From: Verrucomicrobiota bacterium
GTDB taxonomy: Bacteria > Verrucomicrobiota > Verrucomicrobiia > Limisphaerales > DSYF01
Length of the DNA: 11,072 nucleotides
Direction of reading: 5' to 3'
Assembly: GCA_025457725.1 (NCBI GenBank)
Contig: JALOTU010000032.1
Location: forward strand, 1-11,072
Below, piece after piece: positions 6,030 through 11,072 of this stretch. The translations under genes were made by a program, and so were the position numbers. Numbering within the stretch: position 1 is the first letter of the stretch; every line of letters starts with the position of its first letter. Below the pieces are notes generated by a model. That model searched no databases, was not told where the DNA came from, and saw only the letters and a list, made by a program, of their open reading frames with translations.

Positions 6030-8201
6030 TCACACCTTGGCCGTCGCCTTGTCCCCCAGAGCCACCGAGGCCATCACCTCGGACAGCCCGGTATCCCTCG
6101 CCATTTCCTGAGCGGATTTGAGCACTGATTGGAGGGCGCTGTCGTGGGTGCCGGCCAGCAACCTGGCCAGCAACGCCGCCACGGTCAGGTTCTTCAAGTC
6201 CTCGGTCTTGATTCCGAACTCCTTGACCCACTGCCGCAGCTGGGTCTTGAAATGCTCGGGATCACCGTTGAAGAAGGTTTGCTTGATGTCGGTCAGCGTG
6301 CTGCTGCTGCCGACCAGGCGATCCACCGACTTCCCGCCGCCCACGGCGCGGACGATCTTCTCGAAGAAATCGTTTTCGCCGCCGACGATGTCGATTTTGG
6401 AATTCTTCAGCGCCTCGCCCACCACCTCGGAGTGGGCGCGGGCGATGTCGCGATTGACGTGGATGGCGGCCAGTTCGACATCCCGCTCCTTGGCCAGTTT
6501 GAGCCGGAATTCCTCGTGTTGCTGCGTGGTGGCCTGGAAGAGCTTCATGGACTTGGCCTTTTCCTCGATGCCCTTGGCCTCGGCCAGCAGTTTGGCCTCG
6601 ATGCCGGCGGCGGTGGCGAGTTCCTTGTCCTTGATGCCCTCCGCCTCGGCCTCCGCCTGGGTCTCGGTCACACGGGCATGCGCATCGCCCTTGACCTGTT
6701 CCACCTCGGCTTCGGCAACGCCCATTTCCCGGACGGCCGTGGCATCCACCTTGCGGGCCCCGGCCTTGGCGATGATCACCTTGGCTTCGGCCAGTCCCCT
6801 GGCCGCTTCCTGCGCCGCCACGCCCTCGGCTTCCTGCTCCATGGCATGGCGCTTCTTCTCGGACGCCTTGGCCTGCGCATCCGCGATGGTTTGGATGCGT
6901 TCGGATTCCTTCAAGGCGGCTTCGCGCGCGGCGTCGGCTTCCGTCACGGTCTTGATCTTCTGCCCCTCGGCCAGGTTGCGTTCCACTTCCTTCTGCGCCT
7001 CGGAAGCGACCACCTTTTCCACCTGATCCTTCTTGGCGTTCATGTCCGCCTCGATGAGTGTCACCTGGCGGACGCGTTCGGCGGTCATCTGCGCCTCGAT
7101 ATTGAGTTTCTCCTCCTCCTGCTGGACCACCGCCTTCTGCTCGGCCACCACCACGGCGCGCTTCCGTTCCACCTCGACGGCGGCATCGGCCACCTTGACC
7201 TGCTTGTCCATGTCGGCCAGGGCAACCACGCGCTCCCGGCGCACCCGGGCCTCCTCGCCCTCCTGCTGGGCTTCCTGGGCCAGGCGCTGCTTCTCCTTGG
7301 TCACCGTGTATTCCCGCTCCTGCACGGCGCGCTTCATGTCCTCGGTGCGCAGGCTGATCGCCTCATCCGCCTCGAGGCGTCGGGATTCGACCTCCTGCCG
7401 CCGGCTCTCGATGACCTTGCGCGCCTCCGCCTCCTCGGTGGCTTTCACCTCGGTGATCGCCCGGGTCTGCTTGGCATTGTCCTCCTCGTTGCGACGCAGC
7501 TGCTCGCGCTTGGCGATGTCCGCGTCGGCGTTCTCCTTTTCGATCTGCACGCTGGCCCGCTTGGTGAATTCGTTGGCGATGACCGCCTCGCGCTGCGTGA
7601 TCTCGGTGATCTTCTTGATGCCCTCCGAATCCAGCACATTATCCGGATCGTGCTGCTCCAGCGGGGTTTGTTCGAGGTAGTCGATGGCCACATCCTGCAG
7701 GAGGAATCCATCCAGGTCCTTGCCGATGGTATCCTGGATCCGGTCCCGGAACTTGATGCGCTCGGTGAAGAGTTCATGAAACTCCATCTGCTTGCCGGCC
7801 GTTTTCAGGGCTTCGGAGAACTTGGCTTCAAACAACTCGCGCAACTGCCCCACATCCGACACGCGCTCGGGGGTCAGCATCTGGGCCACCTTTCGGACAC
7901 TTTCCTCGTTGGCATCCACCCGGATGTAGAACGCCACGGTGATGTCCGCCCGGATGTTGTCCTTGCACACCAGCCCGTCCTTCCCCTTGCGCGCGATCTC
8001 GAGCTTCTTCACCGAGATATCGACGATGTGATAGGTCTGCAGCAAGGGCACCCGGATCATCCAGTCGAACGACACCTTGAGACCGCCCCAGCCGGTCTTC
8101 ACGCCCGCCCGGCCGGGTTGGATCTTGCGGATGCAGAAAGGGATGGCGACCAGCATGGGCAGGCCAATGAGTACCACCAGGGCGATGAGAATGTATTCCA
8201 T
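6030..8201 (-). CDS. Flotillin-family / SPFH (band 7) domain membrane protein, 723 aa, with an N-terminal transmembrane anchor, an SPFH domain and an extended Glu/Ala-rich coiled-coil ('flotillin repeat') region.
   Basis: ATG at 8201 and TGA at 6030..6032. The N-terminus MEYILIALVVLIGLPMLVAIPFCIRK is a hydrophobic helix. It is followed by an SPFH-like core (GWGGLKVSFDWMIRVPLLQTYHIVDISVKKLEI...VAFYIRVD...). Next comes a long EA/KE/RQ-rich heptad-like region (AEAEVEQVKGDAHARVTETQAEAEAEGIKDKELATAAGIEAKLLAEAKGIEEKAKS...). The C-terminal tail (IVGGENDFFEKIVRAVGGGKSVDRLVG...) is typical of bacterial FloT/YqiK-type flotillins. The overlapping plus ORF 6129..8219 is featureless antisense. Confidence 0.9.
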   Translation of the reverse strand: MEYILIALVVLIGLPMLVAIPFCIRKIQPGRAGVKTGWGGLKVSFDWMIRVPLLQTYHIVDISVKKLEIARKGKDGLVCKDNIRADITVAFYIRVDANEESVRKVAQMLTPERVSDVGQLRELFEAKFSEALKTAGKQMEFHELFTERIKFRDRIQDTIGKDLDGFLLQDVAIDYLEQTPLEQHDPDNVLDSEGIKKITEITQREAVIANEFTKRASVQIEKENADADIAKREQLRRNEEDNAKQTRAITEVKATEEAEARKVIESRRQEVESRRLEADEAISLRTEDMKRAVQEREYTVTKEKQRLAQEAQQEGEEARVRRERVVALADMDKQVKVADAAVEVERKRAVVVAEQKAVVQQEEEKLNIEAQMTAERVRQVTLIEADMNAKKDQVEKVVASEAQKEVERNLAEGQKIKTVTEADAAREAALKESERIQTIADAQAKASEKKRHAMEQEAEGVAAQEAARGLAEAKVIIAKAGARKVDATAVREMGVAEAEVEQVKGDAHARVTETQAEAEAEGIKDKELATAAGIEAKLLAEAKGIEEKAKSMKLFQATTQQHEEFRLKLAKERDVELAAIHVNRDIARAHSEVVGEALKNSKIDIVGGENDFFEKIVRAVGGGKSVDRLVGSSSTLTDIKQTFFNGDPEHFKTQLRQWVKEFGIKTEDLKNLTVAALLARLLAGTHDSALQSVLKSAQEMARDTGLSEVMASVALGDKATAKV
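6520..7510 (-). repeat. Low-complexity Glu/Ala/Lys/Arg-rich coiled-coil (flotillin EA-repeat) coding region. It is visible at DNA level as reiterated gcctcggcc/ggcctccgcc-type motifs.
   Basis: The protein segment ~aa 230-560 is dominated by E, A, K, R, Q and V in heptad-like spacing. The plus-strand DNA shows repeated GCCTCGGCC / CTCGGCCTCCGCCTGG motifs (e.g. 6581..6670). Boundaries are approximate. Confidence 0.5.
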
Positions 8202-8454
8202 AGCGTTAGAAGACGTTGATTGTTGATTCCCTCAGTTCCGCCGGGCGTTCTTCCACAGTGCGCAAACGCCACCCCTCCCGGTCGGCTGCACCCTGCGGCG
8301 GAACTGTGGGGTGAATAACAAACTTGAAAAGCCCGCGCCAATACAATTCAAACCGGATTTTGGAAAATCAGATGCAGCGGTGGAAACGGGCCGGTCAGAA
8401 TTGACTGGGCACTCGACCCTCAGAACGCCTATTCTCCGCGCCGGCTCGCGTCTC
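8202..8454. promoter_or_regulatory. Divergent intergenic region between the flotillin operon (minus) and pheT (plus). Presumed to contain both promoters. Noticeably AT-richer than the flanking coding DNA. Contains a 14-bp perfect palindrome GATTTTGGAAAATC at 8356..8369.
   Basis: 253 bp between the two divergent start codons. There is a local drop in GC (aatacaattcaaaccggattttggaaaatcagatg...). TTGAAA (8324..8329) and TTGACT (8401..8406) hexamers are present, but neither has a properly spaced -10 element. The palindrome has 6-bp arms and a 2-bp spacer. Confidence 0.3.
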
Positions 8455-11007
8455 ATGAAAGTCACCTTAAAATGGCTCAAACAATACGTTGATTTCGACT
8501 GGTCACCCGGGGAACTCGCCGAACGCCTGACCATGCTCGGCCTGGAAGTCGAAGGCGTGGAACACGTGGGCGGCGGGTTCGATGGCATCGTCGTGGCCCA
8601 GGTTGTCTCGCGCGATAAGCATCCCGACGCCGACAAGCTCTCCGTCTGTCGTGTCAACGACGGTCAGGGCGAACGTCAGATCGTCTGCGGCGCCCATAAT
8701 TTCAAGGCCGGTGACAAAGTCCCGCTGATCCTCCCCGGCTCCACGCTGGCGCCCAGGAAGGCGGGGGAGAAGCCCTTCACCATCAAGGTGGGCAGGATTC
8801 GCGGCGTGGAATCGCACGGGATGATGTGCTCCCATGAGGAACTGGGGATTGATCCGGAATCCATCGGGCTCAAGACCGAAGACGGACTCCTGATCCTGCC
8901 GCCAAGCGCCCGGGTCGGACAACCCTTCGCCGACTTCCTGGGCCAGGGCGACAAGGATGTGGTCTTTGACCTTGAAACCACGCCGAACCGGCCGGACTGG
9001 AACAGCGTCATCGGCATCGCCCGCGAGATTGCGGCACTGACGGGAAATCCGCTGCGGATGCCCGAGATCCAATGTTCGAAGTCCGATGTCCAAACCCGAG
9101 ACCTGGTCGCCGTCCGTATCGAGGATGCCGAGTTGTGCCCCCGCTACACCGCCCGCGTGATCCAGGGCGTGAAGGTCGGCCCCAGCCCGGACTGGCTGCG
9201 GAGTCTCCTGACGAAAGTCGGCATTCGCAGCATCAGCAATGTGGTGGATGTCACGAACTTTGTGATGATGGAGATCGGCCAGCCTCTGCACGCGTTCGAT
9301 TACCGCTTGATTGCACCCAGCGGTTCCGGAGATCGCGCAGACGCCCCCGCCGCCCGAGACGTCGCCGGCCAGCCCACCATCGTTGTCCGTCGCGCCCGGG
9401 CGGGTGAGACCTTCAAGACGCTCGACGATCAAGACCACACGCTTACGAACGAGCACCTGCTGATCGCCGATGACCACAGGGGCATTGCACTCGCCGGCAT
9501 CATGGGCGGGCAGAACACGGAGATCACGCCCCAAACCGTGGATGTGCTCATCGAGTCGGCCCATTTCAATCCCACCAACATTCGCCGCACCAGCAAGTCG
9601 CTGGGATTGCGCACGGACTCGAGCTATCGCTTTGAACGCGGGGCCGACATCGGCATCTGCGATTGGGCCAGCCAGCGCGCCGCGCGGCTCATCCTTGAAA
9701 CCGCCGGGGGCAGCCTGGCGGAAGGGGTGGTGGATGCCTATCCCCATCCCGCCCCGACCAAGGAGATCACCTTGCGCCCCGCCAAGGTGAGCGAACTGCT
9801 CGGTGTTTCATTGAAGCCCGCGGAGATCTCGTTCTACCTGGGTCAACTGGGCCTGAAATCCTCCCAGACCGTCCGGCGGCCGGCAGCCGTGGAATCCGAG
9901 TCCCCGTCCGACCCACTGATATTCGAGATTCCGACCTTCCGGGTGGATCTCAAACGCGAGGTGGATTTGATTGAGGAGGTCTGCCGGTTGCACGGCATTG
10001 ACAAAATCCCGTCCACACCTCCACGCGGCGCCCATGGGGTCAACGAATTCGATCGTGTCTATGATGAACTGGCGGAGGCGCGACAAATCCTGACCGGACT
10101 GGGCCTGCACGAGGCCATGGGACAGACATTGGTGGCGCAATCCGAGGTCCAGGGTCCAAAAGCCGGAGAAGTGGTCGGGCTGGCCAACCCGTTGAGCAGC
10201 GACATGGACGTGCTGCGACCGTCCCTGCTCCCCGGACTCATCCAATCCCTGCGTCACAATATCGCCCGGAAGAACAACGATGTGGCCTTGTTTGAGATCG
10301 GACGGGTTTTCAGCACCGCAAAGGTTTCCACATCCGCGGATGGCCGAGCCGGTGGCCCAGTTCACAAGGAAACGCGCACTGTGGCCATCGCCCTGACCGG
10401 CCAGCGCCATCCCAGCTTCTGGAGCGGACCGGATCGGGCCGCCAAGATGGATGTCAATGACTTGAAGGGGATACTCGAGGAATTCCTGGAACAGTTCGGC
10501 ATTCGCGGCGTGACGTTTCAGCGGCGGCCCGAGGCGGTCGAGCCGTTCATCGAATCCGCCGCGGTCACGCTCGGCGGCAAACTGCCCCTGGGCGAGATCG
10601 GGCTGCTGCATCCGAAAGTCGCGCGGCACCACGACCTCCGCGATCCCGTGCTGCTGGCCGAGCTCAGCCTCGACGCCCTGCTGGCGAGACGCAACGCATC
10701 CAAATCCTTCAAACCCCTGCCCCAGTTTCCGTCCATCCGGCGCGACATCGCCATGATCGTGCCTGAAGCCACCACCCACGAGGAGGTGCTCGGCGTGGCG
10801 CGTCGGGCCAGGGCCGCCCATCTCGAGAGCGTGGAACTGTTTGATGTCTTTCGCGGCAAGCATGTGCCCGCGGGCCAGAAGAGTCTGGCCTACGCCTTCA
10901 CCTACCGTTCACCGGACCAGACGCTCACGGACAACGAGGTAAGCCGGGAACACGCCAAGGTGGTTGGAGCCTTCAAGGAGGAGTTGAAGGCGGCGGTCAG
11001 GGAGTAA
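8455..11007 (+). CDS. pheT: Phenylalanine--tRNA ligase beta subunit (PheT), 850 aa.
   Basis: The N-terminus MKVTLKWLKQYVDFDWSPGELAERLTMLGLEVEGVE is the canonical PheT start. Other recognisable domains:
- tRNA-binding (Myf/EMAP-like): VVAQVVSRDKHPDADKLSVCRVNDGQGERQIVCGAHNFKAGDKVPLILPGSTL...GVESHGMMCSHEELGI;
- B3/B4;
- B5: RPAKVSELLGVSLKPAEISFYLGQLGL...;
- C-terminal FDX-ACB: ...SVELFDVFRGKHVPAGQKSLAYAFTYRSPDQTLTDNEVSREHAKVVGAFKEEL.
The TAA stop is at 11005..11007. The track ORF starts at ATG 8311, in the same frame 48 codons upstream. That extension lies in AT-richer DNA and is not PheT-like, so the ATG at 8455 is preferred. The minus-strand ORFs 8503..9747 and 9808..10863 are antisense shadows. 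Confidence 0.9.
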   Translation: MKVTLKWLKQYVDFDWSPGELAERLTMLGLEVEGVEHVGGGFDGIVVAQVVSRDKHPDADKLSVCRVNDGQGERQIVCGAHNFKAGDKVPLILPGSTLAPRKAGEKPFTIKVGRIRGVESHGMMCSHEELGIDPESIGLKTEDGLLILPPSARVGQPFADFLGQGDKDVVFDLETTPNRPDWNSVIGIAREIAALTGNPLRMPEIQCSKSDVQTRDLVAVRIEDAELCPRYTARVIQGVKVGPSPDWLRSLLTKVGIRSISNVVDVTNFVMMEIGQPLHAFDYRLIAPSGSGDRADAPAARDVAGQPTIVVRRARAGETFKTLDDQDHTLTNEHLLIADDHRGIALAGIMGGQNTEITPQTVDVLIESAHFNPTNIRRTSKSLGLRTDSSYRFERGADIGICDWASQRAARLILETAGGSLAEGVVDAYPHPAPTKEITLRPAKVSELLGVSLKPAEISFYLGQLGLKSSQTVRRPAAVESESPSDPLIFEIPTFRVDLKREVDLIEEVCRLHGIDKIPSTPPRGAHGVNEFDRVYDELAEARQILTGLGLHEAMGQTLVAQSEVQGPKAGEVVGLANPLSSDMDVLRPSLLPGLIQSLRHNIARKNNDVALFEIGRVFSTAKVSTSADGRAGGPVHKETRTVAIALTGQRHPSFWSGPDRAAKMDVNDLKGILEEFLEQFGIRGVTFQRRPEAVEPFIESAAVTLGGKLPLGEIGLLHPKVARHHDLRDPVLLAELSLDALLARRNASKSFKPLPQFPSIRRDIAMIVPEATTHEEVLGVARRARAAHLESVELFDVFRGKHVPAGQKSLAYAFTYRSPDQTLTDNEVSREHAKVVGAFKEELKAAVRE

Positions 11008-11072
11008 GTGAGGCCGAATCAACTCGACGGGAAGCCTTGGAAACGCCGGCATTCCCGGGCACTGGCGGCTGT

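Noticed and set aside
6129-8219. 696-aa plus-strand ORF and 302-aa/215-aa plus ORFs (6118..7026, 7033..7680)
   Set aside because: Antisense to the flotillin gene. The flotillin frame has a TM helix, an SPFH core and the canonical C-tail. The plus frames are L/G/H/R or S/A/T-rich products of reading the GC-rich repeats backwards.
8323-8435. Sigma70-like -35 hexamers TTGAAA (8324) and TTGACT (8401)
   Set aside because: Neither has a recognisable -10 at 16-19 bp spacing: TACAAT is only 12 nt after TTGAAA, and TATTCT is 23 nt after TTGACT. I cannot call a promoter with confidence.
8311-8454. ATG at 8311 as the pheT start (as in the ORF track)
   Set aside because: The 48-aa extension (MNNKLEKPAPIQFKPDFGKS...) lies in AT-richer, promoter-like DNA. 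It does not resemble PheT N-termini, which begin MK..(L/S)..WL directly. It is kept only as an alternative.
8503-10863. Minus-strand ORFs 8503..9747 (414 aa) and 9808..10863 (351 aa)
   Set aside because: Antisense to pheT, whose plus-strand frame is unmistakable across all domains. Shadow ORFs.
11008-11072. Possible terminator after pheT (gccggcattcccgggcactggcggc)
   Set aside because: The putative stem has several mismatches and no U-tract. It is not a convincing rho-independent terminator.

Overview
High-GC bacterial chromosomal window with four supportable protein-coding genes and no recognisable RNA genes, CRISPR arrays or mobile elements.

The minus strand carries a tightly packed three-gene unit:
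- a 723-aa membrane-anchored flotillin/SPFH protein (8201..6030);
- after a 116-bp gap, a 1857-aa giant multidomain protein (5913..340) whose only recognisable catalytic module is a MoxR/dynein-type AAA+ ATPase with Walker A PPGYGKTT and Walker B IYVDDIQH, flanked by a beta-rich N-terminal domain and very long coiled-coil or low-complexity regions;
- a third, translationally coupled ORF (330..1) that runs off the left edge of the window.

Divergently transcribed on the plus strand is an unambiguous phenylalanine--tRNA ligase beta subunit (pheT, 8455..11007), with no pheS next to it.

The long plus-strand ORFs in the track (25..2886, 2908..5958, 6129..8219) and the minus-strand ORFs over pheT are antisense shadow ORFs typical of high-GC DNA.

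The most interesting object is the flotillin + giant AAA+ ATPase + small-protein operon. By analogy with the established SPFH-cage/AAA+ pairings (HflK/C-FtsH, prohibitin-m-AAA), it looks like an uncharacterised membrane-microdomain-tethered AAA+ machine, but I cannot assign it to any named system from sequence alone.
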